From assembly GCA_965285935.1 (NCBI GenBank), contig OZ260664.1, positions 86,552,001-86,616,000 on the forward strand: a stretch of DNA of 64,000 bases. Reading direction: 5' to 3'. The translations under genes and the position numbers were made by a program. Numbering within the stretch: position 1 is the stretch's first letter; each line of letters opens with the position of its first letter. Source of the stretch: Ophelia neglecta. Taxonomy: Eukaryota. Under the pieces are notes generated by a model. That model saw only the letters and a program-made list of their open reading frames with translations. It was not told where the DNA came from and did no database searches. Positions 1 through 10,860 of the stretch are shown here, in pieces.

Positions 1-975
1 AACATATCCCTTAGTATTAATGGATAAATGTTTAATACCAATCGCCGGGCAAACAATTTAAGTACAAAATTGGTGGTTTTACATACACCAAAGAAATGTT
101 AACCCTGGGTGTTCACATAGGTACGGGTTAGCCAAAACATTAACAGAATTATTCCATCCTTAACCCTAATACCTATCCCCAACCATTAATGTATGTAAGT
201 TTATAATACCTAATGTTAGTTAACCTCTTATATCTGAAAATTCGTATCAGTTTACAAAAAGGCGTTATTCAGATCGTGCCATTCCCCATTGTAGGCTGAG
301 TGCAAATGATTCACATGGGTCAAATATTATGGCAGCCACCCCCTTCCTCTGATTATCCCATCCCACAGCGGCGGATACATGCTTTTAACCGCTTAGGGGT
401 TGTGGGTTTTGTCATGTTGTTTGCCTCCCCCGCCTCTGAAAAAACTGCGAGGCCCCAACGTCTGTTATAAATTCAATCTATAATGTAACCCCCAACTATT
501 TTTTTTAACAACTAATGTAGAAATTTTGAAATACCAGCCGAGTGGTCCATTTGGTTTGCAGCTATATATGTTATTATATCATTTGTTTTTAACCTTGTTC
601 TCCCAATGTTATTGAACAAATTATTTGCCCCGCAATTCACTTTTCAGTTTATCGTTCTGGCTGCTATTTGCTGTTTCGAAAGGTGCAGTGATAGCGTATT
701 TATCTTTTGAATTATATATACCATACATACAATTGAGTACAATATGCCGTAGATATTGCCAGTGGTAAGGTTAATGACGTCATGATTGAACATTTAAAAT
801 ATGAGAAAATGAAAATCATTTGGCGCCGCCTATCTCAAGGATTAGACATGCCTTTGGAGAGTTTGTAATGGTCTGCGCACTCCTATATTGCAATGTTATC
901 CCGCAGAGGACAAGGCAGCGCCACTTAACAGGGAAGCCACTAAACACAAGAAAAATAAAGAACTATGCCACTTAC

Positions 976-1219
976 CAATATACAAAAGGACCACGACCGT
1001 TCTGAAATCTTGTCTCACATTCCCACCAGTGACCACCTGTGACATAGAAATTGTTCCAGAAGTCAACTCCTCGCCGGGCAGCGTGCATAATGCTTTTCTC
1101 TTAATCCCAGTGCAAATGCTCAGTTCAAACTTAACATCCCATACACTACCACAAGGATATACAATTTCCGTTGTGCGTAGTATGAAATTAGGCACAAAAA
1201 AATCAATAGAAGCCGATGG
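976..1219 (-). other. Candidate isolated exon of unknown gene (possible divergent or decayed Ig-like exon)
   Basis: Acceptor ttcttttaattcttag and donor G|gtaagt flank 244 nt open in phase 0 to 1 (PSASIDFFVPNF...CGSVWDV...LCTL...VVVLLYI); no clear family motif. Confidence 0.25.
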
Positions 1220-2075
1220 CTAAGAATTAAAAGAACTTGTAAAGGGGTCGCCCTTATAATTAAAAGGGGATATAGCCCAAAATCTTCTCTAGACCCCTGA
1301 AATTACTTCAAGAAGTGGATATATGCCGCTAAGCTCTACGGTATTTCTAAGTCTCTTTTTATAAAAAAAAATTACAATATGCTACAACAATTATTTAATT
1401 TTGCTAAAGAATTAAAACGAGGTATAGTATATCCCCTTTTAAATATAACTCATGCGATCATGTGAGGGGGAAAGTATCACTTTTAAAATGAAATGGGATC
1501 TTTATTTATATTTCCATTTAAAATTTCTATCAACTGACCAAACTGTCAAAAATATTGGCATTAAAACGGGACATAAATTTATAACCTCTTTTTAATGTTA
1601 CAGTAATAATCCGATAAAAAACATGGCACACAAAAGGAAATACTAGGTTATAACCCGTTTTAAATTGATCAAAAATATATCGTCGAAATGTCTGTCGAAA
1701 TAGGTACCTATATTAAAGCGTTTGGGGAAGATGTCAATAAAGTTCCATTCTAGGGTATCAAAAATTGACAGCGGCAACATAGCCAGCCCTTCTGTCAAGT
1801 TCTGACATATACCAGCATCATCATACATTACATTACATATAGGCACCATGACTTCCTGGAGGTCTTGTCGGTGAGGCCTCTGACTTGGTATCTGTCAAGC
1901 AGGGCTAGCCACTATCACGTTCTAAATGCTTTTGGATCCAGTTAACGGGATATTCTCATGACTTTTGGAGCTGTACCGTCAACACCTTTTGGCGGCTTTC
2001 TTTGCCGAGGAGATGTGTGGCCGAGGTAGGGAAAGTGGCTGTTTTTAAAGACACTTTTCGACACTCTTGGCGTAA

Positions 2076-2374
2076 GGGACGGACCATTAGATATCTAGGG
2101 GGGGGGGGCAAAAAAAAATGAAAATAAATTTTCTGGCTTTGATTTTCTCAAAAATAAATAATCTGCCAGAAAAAAATAATAATAATCCCTGAAATAATAT
2201 AGAGACAGAAATTTTTTTACTTGAATATTATATAGAGAAAATAAATAATCTGGCAGATTCTGTGGTGAAAAAAAAGTTTCTGTCAACTTTATTCATGAAA
2301 AAAAAAATTCCTGACTAGAGCCAAGTTCTCTGCCCCCCCCCCCCCCCCCCCGTAGATATCTAATGGTCCGTCCC
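2076..2374. mobile_element. PIF/Harbinger-type MITE
   Basis: Perfect 22-bp TIR GGGACGGACCATTAGATATCTA followed by poly-G/poly-C; TAA on both sides (2073-2075, 2375-2377); AT-rich non-coding interior. Confidence 0.85.
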
Positions 2375-2544
2375 TAATGGTTCTACTAAAGGCTGGTAAC
2401 TGTGTGCTAGTATCAGGTTTCCGTAGGGCCTTCAGCGGTGTTTTTACAATATCATAATTTATTGTGAAAGATGACCAAAGATCGCCAATCGGACTAAAAC
2501 CTAAGCAATAGTCTTTTGTGGAGGTAACCATATATGTTAAGACG

Positions 2545-3130
2545 GATTTCTGATGGTGAAGAGTTGGACAATTTGTTTCATTTTGCCTATTTGGGGCTGT
2601 CGCTCTCACCAAATATGGCCTGGGGGAAACCTAAGAACGGGCTGTATTGCAGGCGAAAAAGATTCAATAGCTTCTTGAAAGACGCATGTACCTCCCTAAC
2701 CAATATCAACTCTGAGATTTTTGTGCAGCGGCTCTATGGCATTGAGTCATGTGGACTCCCTCGGTCTGACAAAATAGATCGATTTTAAGTGGCCTTTCTC
2801 AAGAAACATATTAGCCTTAAACGCGGCACTAAGAAAGGAATGTTTCTCGTGGAATCGCACCTTTGAGATTCAAACGACAATACCGAGTGATCAGCTTCTG
2901 GGCTTCACTTCTAGAGCCCGTGTCTGGATAAAAATAAGCTTCAAAACTACCAACATACGAGAAACACTACTGATTGCGCTAGCCCCTGGCTACTTGATGC
3001 TAGGTATATCATTTTTTAGTATGGTTTTGGCCAATTTTGACAGTCTTAAACTGGTAGTAAAAATGCATTCCTTCCGCATTCCTTCCGTTCTAAGGAGGTT
3101 GGCACGGCCGATACATTGTTGGAATTATAT
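2545..3130 (+). mobile_element. Degenerate LINE fragment (C-terminal part of ORF2)
   Basis: Frameshifted peptides DGEELDNLFHFAYLG, LYGIESCGL..KIDRF, GIAPLRFKRQYRVISFWASLL and YGFG resemble the post-RT region of CR1/L2-group LINEs; limits approximate. Confidence 0.55.
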
Positions 3131-4060
3131 CAGTACTGTTTGGCATCTTCTAAAGCAACCGTTGTGAAGAAAACCGTTTAATAAAGGCGCATGGCACTTG
3201 TCAAATTTGGGCCGGAGTAGTACGCTAGAATTAAGCAAGTATCGAATCCGAAATAGTTTTATTCGGATGGAAACCAACAGGTAGGTTGACTCGCCTGTTG
3301 ACGGCGACTGATGCGAACTATGTGAGGTGGTAGCAGGGGTGGGAAAATCTTTGGAGATTTACAGGCCCACCGGGCCAGCAACTTAAAAAAATGTCAGCCC
3401 AGACCAAAAGTTACAGGCCATATATGTTAACTTTTCTACACAATTTAAACAATGAGAAGATCCACAGGTACGCGAGGCGCCTATCCGCTACTACCTATAG
3501 CAACTGCGCAGTACGCCCAGTTGTAACCCCCACCGCTACACTGGAAACGCATTGGTCCCTGCATTAGGTCACCGATATCGCGCCTTAGTCGTGTTTCTCG
3601 GCTGCCATAACAATGTTTGCAAATAAATACATATCAATGGTGATGTATTCGAACCCTGCGTGTGTTTTAGTCCACTTAAAGACTATTTCGAGCCATTTCT
3701 GGCATTCGTTCAGTAATATTCGCCAAATATCTCTGGTAAATAGCTTGCATGTCGCGATCTTGCTTCACCGTAACCAAGCAGGCTTAGCACAGGCAGCAGC
3801 CACGCAGTCCATAAATAGTGTGTTGCCCATTAGTCGATCTGGATTGAACTCGCAAACGCGTACGCATGTGCAGAAAGTTTGTTTTGATTAGGCAATACAC
3901 GTGCGATCATATCTACACATTGAGTGCCAAAATTACAGCGTGTCAACATGGGGCTTAACGTGGATCAGACGACAGCGTTAGATTTGGTTTTGGCAGGAAA
4001 AACTGAATCAAAACGAGGAAGTGCCGGAGGGTAGAAGCTACAAACAGCGTGATTGGTGAT

Positions 4061-4243
4061 TGTTGAAGATTTATTTTATTAGTAAGTAGTACCATGTTGC
4101 CATAGGAGGTGTAAGGTGTCAGCCCTGTGAGTGCTGCCGTCTCTAGGCACAATAAAGTTACTAGTCTAGTTTATGCAATGGCGAGTTGTTACCTGTCTGT
4201 CTCACAGTTATAAGTTTGGGCTTTCAAGCTAATATCCCTAACA
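4061..4243 (+). repeat. 5' LTR (183 bp)
   Basis: TGTTGAAG...CCCTAACA, identical to 10679-10860 except a 1-bp indel; contains AATAAA. Confidence 0.97.
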
Positions 4244-4245
4244 TT

Positions 4246-4263
4246 TGGTGCCGGAACCCGGGA
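4246..4263 (+). promoter_or_regulatory. Primer binding site, tRNA-Phe-like
   Basis: TGGTGCCGGAACCCGGGA 2 nt after the LTR; differs at one position from the complement of the animal tRNA-Phe 3' end as I recall it (TGGTGCCGAAACCCGGGA). Confidence 0.8.
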
Positions 4264-5015
4264 GTATTTGGAATATAAGGACATTGTGATTATTCAGGGA
4301 AGCTGAAACCCAACCCAGTGACAGAGTTTAATGAACTGGGCTGTCAAAGTATAGAGACTGGTATACTGTGAATGAAAGGTAGGCCTATACAGTCAATCAG
4401 TGGGCCAAGTGACCAGTGGCTCTTTACCGGCACGGAGGCGGAGAAACGCACGTGGTGGTTGCTAGTGTACAGTTCAGCAGTGCTGAGGGCTGTCTCGGCC
4501 TACAATACAGACCGTCTGAAAGGTGTTCGCTGAAGCGGAGAAGGGCAGCAAACAGGAGCGGTGCTGTGAGACAGGTAAGCTGTGAAAGGCTTTGACCAGC
4601 ATTGTGTTGGCAGCTTGAATTGACTGAACTACAAGAAACATAGTTTCAATGCAGCTGAGCAGATTCAGTGTGGAAACACAGTGCAATACACCTGAACTGT
4701 AGTGACTGCTCAAAGGGAACAGCAAAGCTGCAGTGTGATTTGTAAACTGGATAGCACTGGTGAGTGACTTTAATACAATTCTTGAACTGTATGAGGAACT
4801 TTGTATGTGTAGAGCCAAATTAAATGAGAGCTGGTGTGGTAACAAGGACATGTCAGCTAGTTTGGAGCTTTGTAACACATACATTGCAGTGAGTTTTGAG
4901 ATTTATTCCTGAAGCAATATTGGCGACTGAAATCCAAGCAAGCTTAGTGCGCTGGGGTGGTAACAAAGACATTCTAGTGAAGTTTGGAATTTGGTGCAAC
5001 AAATGACAGTACAAA

Positions 5016-7139
5016 ATGAGTTTGGTGGATTCAAAAAAGTCACGCTCTAATGCCCGCAGGTGGGTGACAAGGGCTATTGCAGCACTTGGAAATGAGATGG
5101 CTAGTGAGGATGCTGACAAGCACTCCATAGCAATAGCGCTTACGGAATTAGCCCGGCGTTATGAGGTACTCAGTGATGCACAAACCGCGGTGGAAGAACT
5201 GTTAGACGAAGCGGAACTTGATGCAGACATTGAGGAGGCAGGTGCCATCATAGATAAAGTGAACTTGGCACAGACCTCTGCGGCTCGCGCCCTCGACAAG
5301 ATATTGAAGAGGGCCAGTGATGGCGACTCCGAGGATTCTGCGTCACAAATAGGAAGTCATACTTCTGCTTCACTCGCAGTAACACTGCCAAAGTTGGAAC
5401 TACCAAAATTCAATGGAAATATAACTGAATGGCAGACATTTTGGGACAAATTTAAGGCCACGATTGATCAATCTGAACTTCCAGACATTACCAAATTTAC
5501 TTATCTTCAGTCTCTTCTGGAGGGGGAGGCCAGTAAGGCTATAGAAGGATTGTCATTGACAGGAGCGAACTACCATAACGCCTGTGCGCTCTTAGAAGAA
5601 CGCTTTGGGAGAAAGGAGTTGATCATATTCTCCCATATTCAGGGTCTTCTTACGTTGGTTCCAGAGAATAGGGGATCCAAACTGGAGCAGCTGAAACAAT
5701 TACAAGATCAAGTACTGGTACATATTCGTAGCTTGGAAACAATGAAGGTTTCAGGAAAGGAATATGGTATATTTTTGACTCCTTTGATTTTGTCAAGACT
5801 CCCTAATGATGTCCGCATGGAATTGGCACGGGAAGGAGAAGGCAAGGAGAGTAATCTTGACTACTTGCTGGACTTCCCGAAACGTGAAATAGAAAGACGG
5901 CAGAGAGCCCTTTCCTTTCATTTGACTCCGACAGAAAATCCTCGGCATAATCAGAAACCGGAAGAAAAAAGGAGGTCTGGTAGGTCAAGTTCGGCCTCTG
6001 CTTTACACACAAACTCTACACCAGGATGTGGATTCTGCCACAAGAAGCATTCAACTGCCAAGTGTTGGGCGGTACGTAATCTAAGTGTGGAGGAGAAGAA
6101 TCAGAAGATTAAGGAAGCTGGATTGTGCTTCCGGTGTTTAAAGACGGATCATTTTGCAAGGAAATGTTCGGCTACGTGTTCCTGTTGCCAGGGAAAACAT
6201 CATAATTTGTGTTGCCTTGGTCCAGGGTGCAAGGACAGTATGGCCACGGCTGCCGAAGCTATAACAGAGGAAAAGAAGCCAGAGTTTACGTCTTGTAACA
6301 GCAGCACTTTGATGAGCCCAGCCCCTGGTCATACTAGAGCTCTGCTGCAAACTGTTCAAGTGGAAGTGAGGGGTCCGAAGGGTGTAGCCAAGGTGACCAT
6401 GCTCTTGGACAGTGGTGCGGACAGAACGTATGTTACTCATGATATAAAAGGGAAACTCGGTTTAAAATGGCTAGGAGCTACGGACATCAAATATGCTGTA
6501 TTCGGAGGTGGGCAGTCAGGATGCCAGAAAAGAGACATTTATGAGTTGAAAGCCATTGGTACGGATAAGCTACCTATCACGATGAAGGCAGTGGCAGTCC
6601 CTGTAATATGCGCCCCACTATCCAGACCAAGGATCAGCATGGAGTCCTTGAGGCCTTTTGAGGACTTGCGGCTAGTTGAGGTAGACTCAGAGAACACCGA
6701 GCTTAAGGTAGATATTTTAGTGGGCCTGGACTACTACTGGGATGTGGTTGGAGACAGGACCCGTCGTCTGCCAGAAAGGAATTTAGTGGCCCAAGAGACA
6801 GTATTTGGATGGGTACTGTCAGAATGTGTGAAAGATACTTACCAGGACGGTGCATCTCCTCAGTTGTTGTGCCTTAATGATGTATCCGAAGTGGTGGTAA
6901 GGAAATTCTGGGAACTGGATTCACTTGGCATCGTTACTCCAGAGCCTGCTACTTCATGTGAGGTCTTGGAAGACTTCAATCGTTCAATCCAATACAAGGA
7001 CCATCGCTATATTGTTGAGCTTCCTTGGAAGGAGGAGAGTGTTCGTCCTAAGCTGATGAATAATGAGCAACAAGCCAGGATTAGGATGGAGAGACTCTCA
7101 CAGAAATTGGATAGGGATCCAGTATTGAAAGATGGGTAA
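5016..7139 (+). CDS. gag: BEL/Pao Gag plus aspartic protease (N-terminal part of polyprotein, ends at premature TAA)
   Basis: LPKLELPKFNG...WQTFWDKF (DUF1759-type), knuckles CGFCHKKHSTAKC, CFRCLKTDHFARKC, CSCCQGKHHNLCC, protease LLDSGADRTYV. Confidence 0.92.
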   Translation: MSLVDSKKSRSNARRWVTRAIAALGNEMASEDADKHSIAIALTELARRYEVLSDAQTAVEELLDEAELDADIEEAGAIIDKVNLAQTSAARALDKILKRASDGDSEDSASQIGSHTSASLAVTLPKLELPKFNGNITEWQTFWDKFKATIDQSELPDITKFTYLQSLLEGEASKAIEGLSLTGANYHNACALLEERFGRKELIIFSHIQGLLTLVPENRGSKLEQLKQLQDQVLVHIRSLETMKVSGKEYGIFLTPLILSRLPNDVRMELAREGEGKESNLDYLLDFPKREIERRQRALSFHLTPTENPRHNQKPEEKRRSGRSSSASALHTNSTPGCGFCHKKHSTAKCWAVRNLSVEEKNQKIKEAGLCFRCLKTDHFARKCSATCSCCQGKHHNLCCLGPGCKDSMATAAEAITEEKKPEFTSCNSSTLMSPAPGHTRALLQTVQVEVRGPKGVAKVTMLLDSGADRTYVTHDIKGKLGLKWLGATDIKYAVFGGGQSGCQKRDIYELKAIGTDKLPITMKAVAVPVICAPLSRPRISMESLRPFEDLRLVEVDSENTELKVDILVGLDYYWDVVGDRTRRLPERNLVAQETVFGWVLSECVKDTYQDGASPQLLCLNDVSEVVVRKFWELDSLGIVTPEPATSCEVLEDFNRSIQYKDHRYIVELPWKEESVRPKLMNNEQQARIRMERLSQKLDRDPVLKDG

Positions 7140-7157
7140 AATAGGGTCTTATCTGAG

Positions 7158-10100
7158 ATGGAGGAGACCGGGATTATAGAGGAAGTCCCGCCAGATGATA
7201 AAACCCCTTTCCCTGTGTTCTATCTGCCTCACAGGCCGGTATTGAAGGAGGCTAGTGCAAGCACCAAGATACGACCGGTGTTTGACGCTTCAGCAAAGGG
7301 CCCCAACAACGTTAGCCTGAATGATTGTTTGGAAACTGGCCCATCGCTTATTCCCAGTTTGGTAGAAATACTCCTACGCTTTCGTCGGTGGAAAATAGCG
7401 TTGACTGCTGATCTAAAAAAGGCGTTCTTTCAGGTGGCATTACAACGCAAGGATCAGGATGTCCACAGGTTTTTGTGGAAGATAGATGACTCTGTGCGCA
7501 AGATGCGATTCTTGAGAGTGACATTTGGGAATAAAGCAAGCCCATTCCTTCTTAATGCCACAATTAAGCATCACCTATCAAAGTACCCTTCATCATTGGT
7601 TGTACAAGAGTTGACTGAAGACCTGTACGTGGACGACTGGCTTACAGGTGCTGACACCGAAGAGGATGCACATAGAATGTTCACAGAGGCAATGCAGATC
7701 ATGGATCAGGCAGGCATGTGCCTGACAAAGTGGAATTCGAATTGTAGAGCCATTGCAGAGAAGGGTCTGGGAGAGAATGGTGACTTTCCGTGTGAGGGAG
7801 TTAAAGTGCTCGGTGTAAGGTGGATACCAGAGGAGGACTGTTTCTCATACGATGGGGTACCTTTACCAGCAGACATCCAGACTACAAAACGGGTGGTTCT
7901 GAGCTTTATTGCCCGAACATTTGACCCACTAGGATTTACAGTGCCATTCACTATGAGTGCCAAGATACTGTTTCAGAGATTGTGGCAGGAGGGCCTCAGC
8001 TGGGACGAGGCTGTGCCTGAGAACCGGCACTCAGAATTCACAGAGTGGGTGGATGGATTCCAGTTTCTTTGTAACTGGAAAATCCCAAGAAGCTATGCTT
8101 CAGATACATTTGACGGAGATCGAATTGAGCTACACTCATTCGGAGACGCGTCTGAGTGTGGCTATGGTGCAGTGGTGTACATGAGAGTTGAAGGCTTGGA
8201 CGGATTAATCACGTCGCTCGTTACAGCGAGAGCCAGAGTGGCCCCAGTAAAGCGGGTCACATTACCCAGATTGGAGCTATTGGGAAGTCTCTTGGCAGCT
8301 AGGCTGCTTAGCTTCGTGAGATCGTCACTGAAGCTACCTGATGATGTGCGATACCAATGTTGGACAGACTCACAAGCTGCGCTTGGGTGGATTAAGGGCA
8401 ATCCTCAACGATGGAAACAGTTTGTTGCCAATCGAGTCTGTGAAATCCAGCGGCTGACTGAGCCCTCTCGTTGGTTTCATTGCCCAGGTCGTGACAATCC
8501 AGCCGATGTGACAACACGTGGCCTGGATGGTAAAGAATTGGTGTCATCAGAGTTGTGGATGCATGGGCCATCTTGGCTCTGTGGTCCTGTGGAAGCATTC
8601 CCACCAAACATTCCAGCTGAGAGTCCGGATGAGGAAGTTTTGTTGATTGCATCAGAGGTGTCAATAGTCAATGCCTCAGCTAGTGAGGGAAAGCCACCTA
8701 GGATATTTGAGGTGGAACGCTGGGGAACCTTCGTGAAAGCTATGCGCATCGTGGCTTGGGTATGGCGGTTCCTGCATAATGTGAGAGTTAATAGTAAGGA
8801 ACGTATCTCGGGTGACCTTACATATGATGAGCTAATGAAGGCCAAGCAAGAACTATTTATGGAATCCCAGCGACAAACTTACCAGATTGAGCTGCGGGCA
8901 TTACAGACAGAGGGCAAAATGTCCAACTGCTCTTTGTCCAAGTTTGCGCCATTCATGGACAATGGACTGTTGCGGGTAGGAGGAAGGTTGCAGGAAACCA
9001 ACCTGTCATATGCAGAGAAACATCCTGTCATCTTACCTGCAGATCATGTATCAAAGCTCCTTGTGAGACATCAACACCTACTATTGAAACATGCAGGGAT
9101 TGAAACTGTGTTGACTTCTTTAAGAAACAATTACTGGATAATAGGTGTGAGGAGACTAGCGAAAGCGGTCAAGAAAGAGTGTTTAGCATGTGAGAGAATG
9201 GAGGCTAAGGCATGTAACGAAGTGTGCGCCCCCTTACCTGCCTTAAGAGTCAGTGAAGCACCTCCATTCACAGTCACAGGAGTTGATCACGCAGGGCCTC
9301 TGTTCTGTGTTGACTTCCCGGGAAAGAAGTTCTATATATGCTTGTTCACATGTGCTGTCATTCGAGCAGTTCACCTGGAGTTGGTGGACTCTCTCAGTAC
9401 ACGAGACTTCATTCTGGCCTTCAAGAGATTCGCTGCAAGGAGGGGCCTTCGGAATGTGATGTATTCAGACAATGCTAAGACATTTAAAGCTGCAGAAGTG
9501 AGGCTGCAAATAATGTATGGACCATGCTGCCCCAGATGGAAGTACATCGTTCCCAGATCCCCTTGGTGGGGTGGATGGTGGGAAAGGCTTGTGCAGTCAG
9601 TGAAAAAGGGGCTAAGGAAATCTCTTGGCAGGACCTGTTTGACCAGAACGGAGGTGGAAACCACGTTACATGAAGTGGAAAACTGTGTGAACTCTCGGCC
9701 CCTCACCTTTGTTGGAGATGAGGTGCAATACAAAAGGCCTCTGACCCCAAATCACTTCCTGACAGGCCGTGGATCTGACTTTCAAGGTTCTGTGTTGGAA
9801 GATGTGGACTCAGTGACCCCTGAAGCGTTGAGTTTGCGTGAGAAAGTCTGCCAAGAGCGACTTGCAAAGTTCTGGTATATCTGGAGGGACGATTACCTGA
9901 GAAACCTCCCACAGGCTGTCCCTCAATTTCGGTCTAAGGGTTCACTTTCTGAGGGATCTGTAGTGCTCAGTAGAGAGGACAATGTACCCAGATTACAGTG
10001 GAATCTGGGCAAAATCGCTAAGTTGTTGCCAAGTAGGGATTGCAAGCATCGTAGTGCCGAGCTTGTGACTCATAGAGGTAATATAGTTAGGCCTATACAG

Positions 10101-10301
10101 AGGCTGCATCTCTTGGAATTTGTAAAATCACCATCTGAGAATGCTGTTAGAAATGTTGAAACCGAGTCGGTTCAAATATCTGACATTAATGGTTCAGTGA
10201 ATCCGCTGTCTGATAACTCAATGCCAGAAGTAAACAAACCAGTAGGAATGGTTACCAGAAGTGGTCAAAGGGTTAAGGCCGTCGAGAAGTTAAATTTGTA
10301 A
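7158..10301 (+). CDS. pol: BEL/Pao Pol (RT, RNase H, integrase); same frame as the upstream ORF across one stop codon
   Basis: YLPHRPV, RPVFDAS, YVDDWLTG (RT); LHSFGDAS, WTDSQ, DNPAD (RNase H); HAG...CLAC, GVDHAGP, YSDNA, WWERLV (integrase); FWYIWRDDYL; C-terminal TRSGQRVK. Confidence 0.95.
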   Translation: MEETGIIEEVPPDDKTPFPVFYLPHRPVLKEASASTKIRPVFDASAKGPNNVSLNDCLETGPSLIPSLVEILLRFRRWKIALTADLKKAFFQVALQRKDQDVHRFLWKIDDSVRKMRFLRVTFGNKASPFLLNATIKHHLSKYPSSLVVQELTEDLYVDDWLTGADTEEDAHRMFTEAMQIMDQAGMCLTKWNSNCRAIAEKGLGENGDFPCEGVKVLGVRWIPEEDCFSYDGVPLPADIQTTKRVVLSFIARTFDPLGFTVPFTMSAKILFQRLWQEGLSWDEAVPENRHSEFTEWVDGFQFLCNWKIPRSYASDTFDGDRIELHSFGDASECGYGAVVYMRVEGLDGLITSLVTARARVAPVKRVTLPRLELLGSLLAARLLSFVRSSLKLPDDVRYQCWTDSQAALGWIKGNPQRWKQFVANRVCEIQRLTEPSRWFHCPGRDNPADVTTRGLDGKELVSSELWMHGPSWLCGPVEAFPPNIPAESPDEEVLLIASEVSIVNASASEGKPPRIFEVERWGTFVKAMRIVAWVWRFLHNVRVNSKERISGDLTYDELMKAKQELFMESQRQTYQIELRALQTEGKMSNCSLSKFAPFMDNGLLRVGGRLQETNLSYAEKHPVILPADHVSKLLVRHQHLLLKHAGIETVLTSLRNNYWIIGVRRLAKAVKKECLACERMEAKACNEVCAPLPALRVSEAPPFTVTGVDHAGPLFCVDFPGKKFYICLFTCAVIRAVHLELVDSLSTRDFILAFKRFAARRGLRNVMYSDNAKTFKAAEVRLQIMYGPCCPRWKYIVPRSPWWGGWWERLVQSVKKGLRKSLGRTCLTRTEVETTLHEVENCVNSRPLTFVGDEVQYKRPLTPNHFLTGRGSDFQGSVLEDVDSVTPEALSLREKVCQERLAKFWYIWRDDYLRNLPQAVPQFRSKGSLSEGSVVLSREDNVPRLQWNLGKIAKLLPSRDCKHRSAELVTHRGNIVRPIQRLHLLEFVKSPSENAVRNVETESVQISDINGSVNPLSDNSMPEVNKPVGMVTRSGQRVKAVEKLNL

Positions 10302-10667
10302 CCTGTTTATTTGATAACAAAATTAAGTGTAATGTGCTCCGAAGAGAATGGGTTTTGCAACAAATGGTATGTTTGTTTTGATGTAGATTAAGTTTACCTT
10401 TTGCATTTGCCTTTATTTAACTGTGGGCAATTGAAAGACACTTGAAATGTTCGTTTGATAAATTACTACAACGGATAAGTTGGAGTCTAATAGCTTATAA
10501 CTGATGTTAAATCATTTGGTGTAAGGGTTGAGGAAATGATTAATGTAGTCATAAGATATTTCAGTTTTGGTAGATATTTCATTTCATTGATCACTGCTAT
10601 CAAGCAAAGGTTTAAATTTAATATTTGATTATATTTAAGTGGATTGGAGTCATTGAGTAACCCCAAT

Positions 10668-10678
10668 GGTGGGGAGAA
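10668..10678 (+). promoter_or_regulatory. Polypurine tract
   Basis: GGTGGGGAGAA immediately before the 3' LTR. Confidence 0.8.
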
Positions 10679-10860
10679 TGTTGAAGATTTATTTTATTAG
10701 TAAGTAGTACCATGTTGCCATAGGAGGTGTAAGGTGTCAGCCCTGTGAGTGCTGCCGTCTCTAGGCACAATAAAGTTACTAGTCTAGTTTATGCAATGGC
10801 GAGTTGTTACCTTCTGTCTCACAGTTATAAGTTTGGGCTTTCAAGCTAATATCCCTAACA
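10679..10860 (+). repeat. 3' LTR (182 bp)
   Basis: Direct repeat of 4061-4243. Confidence 0.97.

Larger units (their letters stand above)
4061..10860 (+). mobile_element. Full-length BEL/Pao LTR retrotransposon
   Basis: Two TGT...ACA LTRs, PBS, PPT, 5-bp flanks GTGAT/GAGAT (4/5); gag-PR-RT-RNaseH-IN order with three Cys/His knuckles typical of BEL/Pao. Confidence 0.97.

Noticed and set aside
5803-9912. Short overlapping ORFs inside the retrotransposon
   Set aside because: Shadow frames of gag-pol with no independent motifs
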